A DNA stretch of 64,000 bases, from the IMG/VR virus record IMGVR_UViG_3300005512_000001, positions 128,001-192,000 of that record; one strand, given 5' to 3'. The notes beneath the pieces are model-generated. The model was given only the letters and a program-made list of their open reading frames with translations, was not told where the DNA came from and did no database searches. The stretch comes from a virus (Duplodnaviria; Caudoviricetes). A program made the position numbers and the translations under genes. Below, one piece after another: positions 38,900 through 48,933 of the stretch. How positions within the stretch are numbered: position 1 is the stretch's first letter; every line of letters begins with the position of its first letter.

Positions 38900-39407
38900 T
38901 GATGGAATATTTTGCGATTATTGCGGTAGTGAGGTAAAAGGTGACTTTATATATTATTCATTTGATTTTTATGAAATCAAAATCATGAATAAATTTACAA
39001 GGTCATCTGACGCTACTGTGATGTCTGTTGATTTATGTGAGATGTGTATGGAGTTATTTCGTCAGCGATTATTGAATGTAGCAGGGGTTGTTCAACAATC
39101 ACCAACGCGGTGTGATGTCACTGGCAAAAATTTCGGTACGCATGACCAAGTTTACTATAAATGCAAAATTTCGAGTGTTGAAGTAGATTTATCTGGTCAG
39201 CCGTATTTGTGTGCTAAATGCAATAAACCAAGAGACCCACAAGCAGGGCCATGTGAATGCTCTAGTGATGCTAGAGAATTAATTAAAATTGCAGATGTTC
39301 GCCAAGATGATGGGTATCTTGAGCTAATATTCTGCAGTGAAATATTTGCTAAATTCAAAAAGCATGTGGAATACATAGGAAATTTAGGAGAAGCAGAATG
39401 GTCATAG
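38883..39407 (+). CDS. Cys-rich zinc-binding hypothetical protein
   Basis: CDYC, DLCEMC, CAKC, CEC. Confidence 0.65.
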   Translation: MKNQNNDGIFCDYCGSEVKGDFIYYSFDFYEIKIMNKFTRSSDATVMSVDLCEMCMELFRQRLLNVAGVVQQSPTRCDVTGKNFGTHDQVYYKCKISSVEVDLSGQPYLCAKCNKPRDPQAGPCECSSDARELIKIADVRQDDGYLELIFCSEIFAKFKKHVEYIGNLGEAEWS

Positions 39408-39967
39408 ATGATGTTAATCCATTTAGCCTGGTTGAAATAGTTGTTGGTGGAGCTGCTGTTTATGGTAGGCCAGTAGAATGGAATAAAGAAATAATTGATA
39501 GCGAAGGCCATATTGATGATGGGTCGATAGCGAAAGTTACTATGCTTGAAACGGTTTGCCCACAGTGTGGGCAGATGGTATTGTTTAATACCATCTATGA
39601 TGCCATACAGTGCCCAGAATGTTCGGCTGGTGAGGATGTTTTAGCCGACACTATGACTGCGTTTATGGACCCCGGCAAATACGGAAGTGCCACAGACTCT
39701 GACCCACAAGATGGTGTGGAGGTCATAGAGGCAGAAGAAGTCCCTATCCCTGATGTTGTTATTGATAAAGAAGAAATCTTAGCGATTGTGGAAGAGGAAG
39801 ATATTGTTCCTGACGAAGAGGAAGATGTCGAAGAAGAGCTAGATGAAGAAATAATAGAAGATGTCGTTCCTGGTGATGAAGAACCAGAAAGCCTACAAGA
39901 GGAGCCAGAGGAAGATATTGAAGATATGAATGCGTTATTGGATTCGATTGAAGAGATTTCAGAATGA
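39398..39967 (+). CDS. zinc-ribbon protein with acidic tail
   Basis: CPQC..CPEC; D/E-rich C-terminus. Confidence 0.65.
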   Translation: MVIDDVNPFSLVEIVVGGAAVYGRPVEWNKEIIDSEGHIDDGSIAKVTMLETVCPQCGQMVLFNTIYDAIQCPECSAGEDVLADTMTAFMDPGKYGSATDSDPQDGVEVIEAEEVPIPDVVIDKEEILAIVEEEDIVPDEEEDVEEELDEEIIEDVVPGDEEPESLQEEPEEDIEDMNALLDSIEEISE

Positions 39968-40854
39968 AAATCATACTTGGTGGTGGTTTAATAGGTTTAA
40001 TCGCACGTGATATATTAGGTAGTGATTGGATTATTATCCCGATTGGAAGAAGTAGGTATTATTCGTTCGACCCACCATTAGCAGATAATTATGTTGTCAG
40101 AGATGACCTGATTGATGAGTATATGCGGGAGTATACTATCGTGCCATGCCTATACAGAATTGGGTATTCTTATGGCGGGCAGATATTATTTAATACTACC
40201 ATACCGTTATCGCCGTACTTAGATAAGCTATATGGCGGCAATGTGCCACCGCATGCATCATCGTATTGGGGCAATAGGATTGATTTGTGGGGTTATGGTA
40301 ATTGTATTGATATGTATATGCGATTACAAGAAAAATACAAAGATGAAATATTAAATAATAATAATATATATGGGGTTCCCAGTAAGATTAGCGACCATAC
40401 CATAACGGCCAATAAGCAGTTCGAATATGATGAGATTATATCGACTGTGCCACTCCCGGCGTTGTTGGGATGGATGAATGTTAGTTGGCCAGAGTTAAAA
40501 GCTAAGGACGTCTATTGTTATCATGTTCGCACCGACTGTCTTGATTTTGAAGGTGCGACACATCTGTTCGTGGCCGACCCGGAAATTGAATTCTTCAAAG
40601 CTAGCATGATAAATAAGCAGAATTACATCTTTTATGCTCAGAAGAAAATAGAACAACCTGGGCAATATTTCATGGGGTTTATGAAGAGGTTTGAGCTAAT
40701 AGCGGAGACATCTGTGCCAGAATCTATATGTTGTGGCCATATCCCTGCTATATCGGACATAGATGATGCAGACATAACATGTGTCGGTAGCTCTGCAGTA
40801 TGGGATGATTGTTTAGATGTTGGTAGCTGTATAAAAAGAATATTAAAATTATGA
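39964..40854 (+). CDS. FAD/NAD(P)-binding oxidoreductase-like protein
   Basis: IILGGGLIGL, YDEIISTVPL, C-terminal CVGSSAVW (amine oxidase/UDP-galactopyranose mutase-like). Confidence 0.6.
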   Translation: MKIILGGGLIGLIARDILGSDWIIIPIGRSRYYSFDPPLADNYVVRDDLIDEYMREYTIVPCLYRIGYSYGGQILFNTTIPLSPYLDKLYGGNVPPHASSYWGNRIDLWGYGNCIDMYMRLQEKYKDEILNNNNIYGVPSKISDHTITANKQFEYDEIISTVPLPALLGWMNVSWPELKAKDVYCYHVRTDCLDFEGATHLFVADPEIEFFKASMINKQNYIFYAQKKIEQPGQYFMGFMKRFELIAETSVPESICCGHIPAISDIDDADITCVGSSAVWDDCLDVGSCIKRILKL

Positions 40855-41483
40855 GTGGACTAGATGCTGCTAATGAACGTTATAAGATGTTGGCACATTT
40901 GAAAGATGCGTGTGCTGAATGTAAAATGTGTGAGTTAGGTTGGAGAAAAGCAACACGCGGTGCTTATAATTACAACCCACATGTTTTTAGCAACTACACT
41001 CCTATGTCGCCTACTGCGAAGTTCATGATAGTTGGCCAGAATCCGGGATGGAATGAAGTAAAGGAAGGAATGCCATTTATTGGTGCGGCTGGCAAAAATT
41101 TTGATGATGCATTACTAAAAAATACCAGATGGACACGTGGTGATTTTTATATTACCAATAGCATTAAATGCTTTACAAAAGATAATAAGCCGCCATCACA
41201 CCAGAATTTAAATAGGTGTGAGCCATTCTTAAGAATGGAAATATCGATTATTAAACCGAAGCTAGTAATAACTTTTGGGTCTGTAGCATTTGGGATATTG
41301 TGTGGCTGTAAATTCTCAGACAATATAGGCAAAATTGTTGATAGCGACAAATTTGGGGTTAAGGTCTTCACCACATATCACCCATCGCCACTGAATCTGG
41401 CCAATCCACAACGGAAGAAAAAATTTTATCAAGATATTCGTACTATTGGTAAAATTATGGACCACTATCTGTCACCATTCTAG
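40851..41483 (+). CDS. uracil-DNA glycosylase family 4
   Basis: CAECKMCEL, VGQNPG..E...GMPFIGAAG, YITNSIKC, TYHPS. Confidence 0.9.
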   Translation: MSGLDAANERYKMLAHLKDACAECKMCELGWRKATRGAYNYNPHVFSNYTPMSPTAKFMIVGQNPGWNEVKEGMPFIGAAGKNFDDALLKNTRWTRGDFYITNSIKCFTKDNKPPSHQNLNRCEPFLRMEISIIKPKLVITFGSVAFGILCGCKFSDNIGKIVDSDKFGVKVFTTYHPSPLNLANPQRKKKFYQDIRTIGKIMDHYLSPF

Positions 41484-41493
41484 GGAGAATATT

Positions 41494-41751
41494 ATGCACC
41501 AACTAGTTGTGCATTGTAAGCGATCTAAATACGATATTTATATTGGTAGACCTTCTAAATGGGGGAATCCATTTAATATTGGAGAAGACGGCACTAGAGA
41601 TGAGGTCATTGAAAAATATAAAAAGTGGATTTTGGCGAGGCCCGATTGGGTGTCACAGTGTAAACTGGAATTAAAAGGTAAAGTTTTAGGGTGTTGGTGT
41701 GCACCGCAAAATTGCCATGGTGATGTATTGGCGGAGATCGCTAACAGCTAG
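41494..41751 (+). CDS. DUF4326 family protein
   Basis: YIGRPSKWGNPF...LKGKVLGCWCAPQNCHGDVL. Confidence 0.85.
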   Translation: MHQLVVHCKRSKYDIYIGRPSKWGNPFNIGEDGTRDEVIEKYKKWILARPDWVSQCKLELKGKVLGCWCAPQNCHGDVLAEIANS

Positions 41752-41782
41752 GTGTGTATTCAAAAATATATTTGGTGATATA

Positions 41783-42418
41783 ATGGCTATACAAGTAACA
41801 GACACAGCATTTCGCGGTGGTGGGATGACCATGACCTTTAGTGATGGGTCGGTTGCAGAATGCCGCATTCAATTGGTTGATGGTATATTGTCGTTAACCG
41901 GACTGAACGACGAGCAACTCGCAGCAGCAATTGCAATGCAAACAAATGCTAATCATTCATGCGAAGCGGATCCGCGACTATCTAATATGCTAATAAAAAG
42001 AGGAGTATTTGCAGCACTAGAGAGTTCTGCAAATACTACTATTGTAAGTGCCGGGACTTATTATCCGATTAATGGGACTTTTTCAAATTCACCAATGGAA
42101 TCATTTGATTTTGTTAGCGGGCCAGCAATCAGATATACTAATACATATGCTTTTTATGCTGAGATTGATTGGCATGCTACTATAGTCGTGGTCCCTGGAA
42201 ACGCCAACGTAATAGTAGGTATCAAAAAGAATGGGGTACTTATACCATCGAGTCGTATGGGCACATTTGCAGCAGCAATTTTAATACAAATGTCAGGCAC
42301 CGTAGTCGTGCAGTTACAGCATCATGACACTATCCAATTAGTGGTGACATCAGATGCTGATGGGGATGTTGTTACATTTCATAGTTTTACTACCACCATC
42401 CGCAATTTTTTTGGGTAG
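41783..42418 (+). CDS. hypothetical, possibly virion protein with C1q/BclA-like C-terminal domain
   Basis: Beta-rich C-terminus: IKKNG..IP.S...VVVQLQHHDTIQLVV. Confidence 0.5.
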   Translation: MAIQVTDTAFRGGGMTMTFSDGSVAECRIQLVDGILSLTGLNDEQLAAAIAMQTNANHSCEADPRLSNMLIKRGVFAALESSANTTIVSAGTYYPINGTFSNSPMESFDFVSGPAIRYTNTYAFYAEIDWHATIVVVPGNANVIVGIKKNGVLIPSSRMGTFAAAILIQMSGTVVVQLQHHDTIQLVVTSDADGDVVTFHSFTTTIRNFFG

Positions 42419-42796
42419 TCAGCCGATATTGCCAATAATTGAAGCTTTAGTGATACAATAAATAGTGGAGACACCACTGCCGCTTTTTGTTAGGGTATAT
42501 AGATTATCTTTTTTAAGGCGGTTCCTGATTCTAATAACTAATGAGATAATATTTTCTGATTCAGAAGCAGCCAGTAGATTTGCCCTGCTGACGCCTTCTG
42601 GGCTTTCCAGAAGCTCTGCTATAGCTGCTTCAGTACCTTTATCTGCTGCCGTTTTTTCATTATTCTTTTGCTGTCTCGCTTTTTGCGCCTCGACGGCTTT
42701 AGATAGAATCGATTTTATAGTGTCTATATTATCATCTGTAAGTTGTGGGTTTGGGATTGGCGGTTCTTCGATTAATTGTATAGGGATATGACTCAT
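42419..42796 (-). CDS. hypothetical protein, possible winged helix
   Basis: EGVSRANLL...ISLVIRIRNRL...KSGSG..TIY; start MSHIPIQ. Confidence 0.5.
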   Translation of the reverse strand: MSHIPIQLIEEPPIPNPQLTDDNIDTIKSILSKAVEAQKARQQKNNEKTAADKGTEAAIAELLESPEGVSRANLLAASESENIISLVIRIRNRLKKDNLYTLTKSGSGVSTIYCITKASIIGNIG

Positions 42797-43586
42797 GGAA
42801 ATACCAAAACATTGTGTTTTTAGTGGTTCAGATATTAATTTAAATACATCTATGACTGTGAAACTTGACGACGGCACTAAAGTTGAAGCATGGATATCTG
42901 ATGACTACTTAGAATCTGCGACACCGTTGAAAGTAAAAGCTGCAGTTATTGAAATTATAAACAACCAACAAAACAATCAACGAGAAATAGATGAATTATT
43001 GGCGCGGGTTAAAGCACTTGGGTATGAGATAATGCCAAAAGGGGCAGTGCCAACACCTGTGTCAACAGTAGTTGCGCCTATATCGCCGCAGCCTGGCCCA
43101 ATCAATGAGAGTATCGAGTTATTAGACCCATCTCATAGACTTGTTGATGGAAGGATGGCTGATGCACGTAGTGTGTCGCCGAATGTTCAAGGTAATGTTA
43201 GTGCACTTGGTGGGAGTGTTAGTGGTAGTGGGTCGGAATATGCGATAACGTCGGCCGATAAGCCAACTACTGATTTAAAAGAAGGTGAGCAAGCAGAGAT
43301 TGGTACAGTACGTGGCAGGGCTGGGATGGAAATCGCTATACCAGTTAGGCGTGTCGGGAAGACTGGTGAGACCAGGGTGTCTGTTATTAATACTGGTGGC
43401 GATGCTGGGTTGCAACAAAGGTTTAAGGCTTTGGCGAGTCAGTCAGAGATAGACCCGCCGGATTTCATTCATGGTGGATACCAAGTTAAGACCATAACGT
43501 GCGGCTTGTGTCGTGGCCAGGGCAAAACTATGGGTAAGGAATGCCCGAAGTGCCATGGTGCTGGCTCATATGATGTGGAAGCCTAA
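42795..43586 (+). CDS. hypothetical protein with C-terminal DnaJ-type zinc finger
   Basis: CGLCRGQG..CPKCHGAG. Confidence 0.65.
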   Translation: MEIPKHCVFSGSDINLNTSMTVKLDDGTKVEAWISDDYLESATPLKVKAAVIEIINNQQNNQREIDELLARVKALGYEIMPKGAVPTPVSTVVAPISPQPGPINESIELLDPSHRLVDGRMADARSVSPNVQGNVSALGGSVSGSGSEYAITSADKPTTDLKEGEQAEIGTVRGRAGMEIAIPVRRVGKTGETRVSVINTGGDAGLQQRFKALASQSEIDPPDFIHGGYQVKTITCGLCRGQGKTMGKECPKCHGAGSYDVEA

Positions 43587-44266
43587 TATGGAATTTGCGG
43601 TTTGTCTAGCCCGAAGAATTTTCTATGGCGTGGTTTGTTGGGCACCGGAGATGTATTTATCCTTGGCCCAGACGGATATGCCTGGCCTAATCTTTTGCGC
43701 CGTGTTTTTTGTGTGTCTCTAGCGAATGATTTTTTGCCAAACAGAGCCAGCCCCATTGCTTTAGATATTTTGAGACCCAGATTCTTTGAACTACGAAATG
43801 CTACGCCTTCGGGTGCTTCCTCATATAATGATTGTAGCCTATGCGACGATTCTGTTGTAGTCTTTGGTTCAACAGCTATAGTGATGTGAAATTCATGGCC
43901 GTTCTTCTTTTTCGCCAACCCGTATTTTTGTCGTAGGTTTTCTAGTTCTGGTGACTTTACCGAGATGAAGTATACTTGTTTCATCTCGTCCCAACCATCA
44001 GGGTTGACTTGCTCCATGCGATATAATGTATATTCTATCTCATCGCCTATTTCAGAAACAGTTTGGCCACCCAATTCGTCTGTGTTGGTGACGGAAATAT
44101 GGGCACCGACTTTATTGAACTTTTTTGAGAAATATGGCGGTTTTTTGACATCGCCAGAAAGAATAGTATAGAATCCATGTAATATTTCATCAGGCACATC
44201 TAAATAAACAAACCCATCGCTAGTTTGTTTAAGCTTGCCGGTTAACTTAACTGTTTTATTTGGCAT
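43583..44266 (-). CDS. 2H phosphoesterase family protein
   Basis: Two HxT/S motifs: AHISV and FHITI; SPELENLRQKYGL. Confidence 0.75.
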   Translation of the reverse strand: MPNKTVKLTGKLKQTSDGFVYLDVPDEILHGFYTILSGDVKKPPYFSKKFNKVGAHISVTNTDELGGQTVSEIGDEIEYTLYRMEQVNPDGWDEMKQVYFISVKSPELENLRQKYGLAKKKNGHEFHITIAVEPKTTTESSHRLQSLYEEAPEGVAFRSSKNLGLKISKAMGLALFGKKSFARDTQKTRRKRLGQAYPSGPRINTSPVPNKPRHRKFFGLDKPQIPY

Positions 44267-44951
44267 TAGCTTGGTAGTCTGCATGAATTTCTTCGAACAG
44301 TTCGTGCATCCTTGCCCGGATTACATATTCTATAGCTTCATTATCATATGCTTCCCAAAACGCATTATTTGATGTGCACTCGCACCCGATTTCCTCTAAG
44401 AATGGTTTGATGCGTTTGTCGACCGCTTCCCAAAAGTATTGTTTGTTATCAATCCATTTTCTAACATCTTTATCTCTATAGAACCCATGCTCGTGGCTAT
44501 AATTGTCGGTATCTTTTATGATTGATTCATCGATTTGTGGTGGTTGTGATATTTTTACGATTTCATCTAAATCCGGATTCCATCCAGCGTCTTTCTCATC
44601 TTTTTCAGCTAGCATTTTCTCTTTGATTTTGCCCATAGCTTCCAAAGCAGCAGTCATATCTTCCATAGGGACGGCTCTAGCTGTCATCTCTTTTTTAAAT
44701 GATAGGGCAAAGCTTGGGTCATCTAAATATTTATGGCTATGTATTTTAGCAAATGCTGAACATACGGATTCTTGGTGGTCTAAGTCTATGGTTTCCAGCC
44801 TATATGCTTGTTCGATTTCTTCGTGCAAAAATGTGAAGGTGTTTGCCCGTTCTTCATCTTGGCCTTTATGTGCATCGACCCCAAGGGCGGTGTCGTCCAA
44901 CATATTTTTAATTGCCTCGGAGAGCATTTGTTCGTTTCGGTTTAATGACAT
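44256..44951 (-). CDS. hypothetical protein
   Basis: GAGGAGG RBS before MSLNRNEQ. Confidence 0.65.
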   Translation of the reverse strand: MSLNRNEQMLSEAIKNMLDDTALGVDAHKGQDEERANTFTFLHEEIEQAYRLETIDLDHQESVCSAFAKIHSHKYLDDPSFALSFKKEMTARAVPMEDMTAALEAMGKIKEKMLAEKDEKDAGWNPDLDEIVKISQPPQIDESIIKDTDNYSHEHGFYRDKDVRKWIDNKQYFWEAVDKRIKPFLEEIGCECTSNNAFWEAYDNEAIEYVIRARMHELFEEIHADYQANAK

Positions 44952-45002
44952 CTGCGCAACCTCCTCTGGTGTATTTTTGACATAATAAATGGGTTTACAA
45001 TA

Positions 45003-45269
45003 ATGCCATATTATGAAATACGACAATTTGATAAGATTAAATTACGTACCACTAAAAATATCCGTTACTTATCGGCACCGCCCAATGAGATGCCAAGCCC
45101 GCATGGTATCTGGACTGTAGTGGCTAATATAAATAAGGATTTATTAATTTGTAAAGGCGATGCTATATGTAGAGTGCCAGTCTCAGATGTTGTTATCGCC
45201 GGACGATCAGAAATAGACCGTATACTGGAGAGAATAGATGGCAAAAAAGCAAAAGCCAAATCAGAGTAG
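45003..45269 (+). CDS. hypothetical protein
   Basis: First ORF of the recA-helicase operon. Confidence 0.6.
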   Translation: MPYYEIRQFDKIKLRTTKNIRYLSAPPNEMPSPHGIWTVVANINKDLLICKGDAICRVPVSDVVIAGRSEIDRILERIDGKKAKAKSE

Positions 45270-46929
45270 AGAATTTGACAATAAAGAAGATGTCATGAAA
45301 GCTATTGATGACAAATTTGGGAATGGTGCTATAACATTGGGAGCTGGACCGGCACTTGATGTTCCATCTATTAGTACTGGATCGGCTTCACTTGATTTGG
45401 CATTAGGGGTATGGGGAATGCCAAAAGGCCGTATCGCTGAAGTATATGGCCCAGAGAGTAGTGGTAAGACCACATTATGCTTATCAATAATCAAGGAGTG
45501 TCAGAAGCAAGGTGGCGTAGCTGCTTTTGTTGATGCTGAACATGCGTTAGACCCAACATGGGCAAGCAATATAGGTGTTGATATTGACAACCTAATGATT
45601 AGCCAGCCATCATCTGGTGAAGAGGCATTAAGTATTGTTGAGATGCTGGCCGGTTCAAAACAGGTTGATCTTATTGTGGTTGATTCAGTTGCTGCGTTGA
45701 TTCCTCAAGCTGAAATTGATGGTGAGATGGGCGATAGGCAGATTGGTGCCCAGGCTCAATTAATGAGCAAGGCTATGCGTAAGCTTGTTAGTATAACCAA
45801 TAAATCCAATTGTACAATTATATTTATCAACCAAATTAGAATGAAGATTGGTGTTATGTTCGGTTGTTTGCATGGCGATACATTGATTAATTTTGTTGAT
45901 GGTAGTGCATTGCCAATTAAAGATGTTGTTGAAAAGAAAATTGAAGGCGATGTCTGGTGTTATGACGAAGGAAGCAATAACTTTGTTGGACGCAAGATTA
46001 TTGATTGGCACAATAATGGTGATGTTCTTGATAAATGCGATTTTCTGTCTATATTGTTGAGGGGGCCAGGCAATGGCAATGGGCGTATGAATATATGTGT
46101 TACGCCAAATCATCGCGTTTTGACCGATAATGGATGGGCTGAAGCCGGTGACTTGATAATTGGTGATAGAATAATGACGAAGCAAAAGAATATTCTATCT
46201 GGTGATTCGCATTGTATGAGAAGGAAATTACCAGATGGCGTAGATGATTGTAGGGAGTGTACACTACATGTGACTGGCCAATATAGCACCACCTATGCGG
46301 AAGTGGTATCTATTAGAACGGCTAGTAGCAGACAGTTTAGAACAAAAGGGAAATATGATATAACTGTTGATGGCTGCCACAATTATTCCGCTGGTGGTCG
46401 CCATAATGGTGTGATTGTTCATAATTCGCCGGAGACCACACCAGGCGGCCGGGCATTGAAATTCTATTCTTCCATTAGACTTGATATTCGGCGTGCCGGT
46501 GCGATCAAGAAGGGCGATGATAACATTGGGAACTCAATTAAGGTAAAAGTTGTTAAAAATAAGGTTGCGCCGCCATTTAGGCAAGCTGAATTCGGACTAT
46601 ATTTTGGGAGAGATGGATATCCGAGTGGTATTGATTATGCTAGTTCGTTGGTTGATATTGCAGTTGATGTCGGCATTATCAAACAACAAGGGTCGTGGTA
46701 CAATTATGGCGAAATGAGACTTGGGAATGGCCAAGAGAATGCCTATGGCATGATTCGTAGTAATATTGATTTGATGGCAGAGATTAGCGATAAAGTGCGA
46801 GCGGCTTTTAGTCCTGATGGTGTCGATACGGATACAGAAGATACAGAAGATAAAGATATAGAAGATAAAGATATAGAAGATAAAGATATAGAAGATAAGT
46901 CTGATGTATTAGAGGATTTCGAAGAATGA
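45238..46929 (+). CDS. recA: RecA recombinase with mini-intein and acidic repeat tail
   Basis: ISTGSASLDLALG, GPESSGKTT, DAEHALDP, VDSVAAL, FINQIR.KIGVMFG|...|SPETTPGGRALKFYSS, KNKVAPPF. Confidence 0.95.
   Translation: MAKKQKPNQSREFDNKEDVMKAIDDKFGNGAITLGAGPALDVPSISTGSASLDLALGVWGMPKGRIAEVYGPESSGKTTLCLSIIKECQKQGGVAAFVDAEHALDPTWASNIGVDIDNLMISQPSSGEEALSIVEMLAGSKQVDLIVVDSVAALIPQAEIDGEMGDRQIGAQAQLMSKAMRKLVSITNKSNCTIIFINQIRMKIGVMFGCLHGDTLINFVDGSALPIKDVVEKKIEGDVWCYDEGSNNFVGRKIIDWHNNGDVLDKCDFLSILLRGPGNGNGRMNICVTPNHRVLTDNGWAEAGDLIIGDRIMTKQKNILSGDSHCMRRKLPDGVDDCRECTLHVTGQYSTTYAEVVSIRTASSRQFRTKGKYDITVDGCHNYSAGGRHNGVIVHNSPETTPGGRALKFYSSIRLDIRRAGAIKKGDDNIGNSIKVKVVKNKVAPPFRQAEFGLYFGRDGYPSGIDYASSLVDIAVDVGIIKQQGSWYNYGEMRLGNGQENAYGMIRSNIDLMAEISDKVRAAFSPDGVDTDTEDTEDKDIEDKDIEDKDIEDKSDVLEDFEE
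45865..46425 (+). mobile_element. mini-intein (187 aa) in RecA, no intact endonuclease
   Basis: FG|CLHGDT ... VTPNHRV ... KYDITV ... IVHN|SPE; no LAGLIDADG motif seen. Confidence 0.88.
46846..46898 (+). repeat. 3.5 x 15-bp tandem repeat GAAGATAAAGATATA (EDKDI)
   Basis: Directly visible at the recA 3' end. Confidence 0.9.
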
Positions 46930-47264
46930 GCGCACCACTGTTTGAAATAGAAGATGTAGTGTATTTGGTTGAGTCCGCGAAAGTGGGGTCAATTGAATCT
47001 TACCAGATAAGCGGGGTTAGGCAAGGCCCAAGTGGCAGTTGGATGTATAGGATATCAGTAGCCCAACGTCCTCCGAATGGTGCGCCGACATATGGTGACC
47101 GCAACACTTTAAGAAGAACATTAGATTTTGAGTTGTCGGAATCTGAATTGACCACATATTGTGCGGCGCTTGACCTTGCGGAGATTGCTGCGATGTCAAA
47201 TTTGGCCGCTATACGGAGTTTGAAGGCAGCACATTGTACTGATGGAACAGGCGGTACTGGATGA
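46926..47264 (+). CDS. hypothetical protein
   Basis: Coupled ORF. Confidence 0.6.
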   Translation: MSAPLFEIEDVVYLVESAKVGSIESYQISGVRQGPSGSWMYRISVAQRPPNGAPTYGDRNTLRRTLDFELSESELTTYCAALDLAEIAAMSNLAAIRSLKAAHCTDGTGGTG

Positions 47265-48607
47265 TTGAAGCATTAAAACGGGCTGATCATAATGCTAAAC
47301 AACCGTTTGGTGAATATGAAGAGGAAGCGATAGTATCGCTTCTTATCGACCACCCGGAATTCTTCACAAATGTTGCTAGATTTCTTACGCATGAATTATT
47401 CAATCGGACTGAAGTACAATATGTAATAGCCCACATCACAGAATATTATGAGCAATATGGGGTGTTTCCGACCAGAGGCATATTGGTTGATAGTATTAAA
47501 CACAGTCTCACTGTCGACGACATAGCATACCAAGATATTATCGACATAGCATCAAGACCCTCAAACCCGCGAGAGGTTCCTTGGCTTAAAGATATAATTT
47601 TGAAATGGGCTAGGTCTAAAGCATATGGCTTAATATATGATGTTGATACTATCGCCAAGTATAAAGATGGTAATTTTGAAGCTATAGAGGCTGTGTTCAA
47701 TCAGGCACGCAATATACAAGATATCGGAAGTGGTACACTCTGGTTTTTTGATGAGTTAGAAAAACTGTTTGCCCACGACCTGATAGAAAAATTTACGACT
47801 GGTTTTGCGCAATTAGATGCATGTATGCATGACGACCAAGATGAGCGTGGCCCAGCACGCAAAGAAATGGTAGTTTGGATGGCACCGACTGGTGTTGGCA
47901 AGTCTATTATGCTGATTAATAATGCGATTTCCAATGTATTGAGGGGCAGGAACGTGTTGTATATCACATTGGAATTGTCAGATGCAATGTCTGCTTTACG
48001 CGGGATGGGTGTTATATCGAATAAACCAATAAAGCGTAGATTCGATTTGAAGAATGAGATTATAGCAATAATAAATCACATTAAAAGTGATGGAAATATT
48101 GGTGACCTTGCGTTTCATGAATTTCCACCAGATGAGATATCAGTTGATGAAATCTATGCATTAGTTGACCATTTAAAAAGGTCAAAAGGCTGGGTGCCAG
48201 ATATCATATGTATTGATTATCTTGAATTGATGATTAGTAGACGCCAATCTGATAATGCTGATTCATATATGAAGCAAAAAGGTGTATCCACTCAAGTTAG
48301 AGGGCTTGCGAAGACTGAAAATGTGTTGGTATTCACCGCGACACAGACAAATAGAGGTGGAAACGATTCCGAGATTATTGATGTAACAAAGATTGCTGAG
48401 AGCTATGGTAAGTCAATGGCGATGGATTATTTGATAAGTCTTAATCAAACCCGCGAAGAATACCAATCAGTTTTAGACCATAATGGCATAGCAGTGCATC
48501 CAGCGCCAGCGCGAATGTATATAGCTAAGAATAGGAATGGAGCTAAATTTGTCACTATTCCTGTGAAGATTAATTATTCAACAATGAAGATACAGGAGAT
48601 GACATGA
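47261..48607 (+). CDS. replicative helicase, DnaB/T4 gp41-like
   Basis: TTGFAQLD, APTGVGKS, YITLEL, IDYLELM, TATQTNR, IAESYGK, KNRNG. Confidence 0.9.
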   Translation: MIEALKRADHNAKQPFGEYEEEAIVSLLIDHPEFFTNVARFLTHELFNRTEVQYVIAHITEYYEQYGVFPTRGILVDSIKHSLTVDDIAYQDIIDIASRPSNPREVPWLKDIILKWARSKAYGLIYDVDTIAKYKDGNFEAIEAVFNQARNIQDIGSGTLWFFDELEKLFAHDLIEKFTTGFAQLDACMHDDQDERGPARKEMVVWMAPTGVGKSIMLINNAISNVLRGRNVLYITLELSDAMSALRGMGVISNKPIKRRFDLKNEIIAIINHIKSDGNIGDLAFHEFPPDEISVDEIYALVDHLKRSKGWVPDIICIDYLELMISRRQSDNADSYMKQKGVSTQVRGLAKTENVLVFTATQTNRGGNDSEIIDVTKIAESYGKSMAMDYLISLNQTREEYQSVLDHNGIAVHPAPARMYIAKNRNGAKFVTIPVKINYSTMKIQEMT

Positions 48608-48933
48608 GTGATGTGATTAAACTGAAGCCAGTTGGGGTTCTTAATGATTATGTTGCTGTTATGAAGCTGCTCGATGTGCCAGATGGCATTGAAGTAGATA
48701 AAGAAGCAATGGCAAAGATGTCGAATGAAGGTGTTGTGGTGGGGGTTGGACCCGATGCGAAAGGCGTGGTAGAACTTGGCGACAGGGTTATTATAAATAA
48801 AAGGCAATACTTGGGCATATGTCCAGCTAGTGGCGGGTATGAAGGCCAAATCGTTGCTATGGTTAAGAAGCCCGATTTAGTAGTGAAACTTGGTGTAAGT
48901 GATAAATACAGATTTATAGATGAGGCAGAATGA
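48604..48933 (+). CDS. groES: co-chaperonin GroES-like
   Basis: LNDYVAV, EGVVVGVGPD..VELGDRVI. Confidence 0.7.
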   Translation: MSDVIKLKPVGVLNDYVAVMKLLDVPDGIEVDKEAMAKMSNEGVVVGVGPDAKGVVELGDRVIINKRQYLGICPASGGYEGQIVAMVKKPDLVVKLGVSDKYRFIDEAE

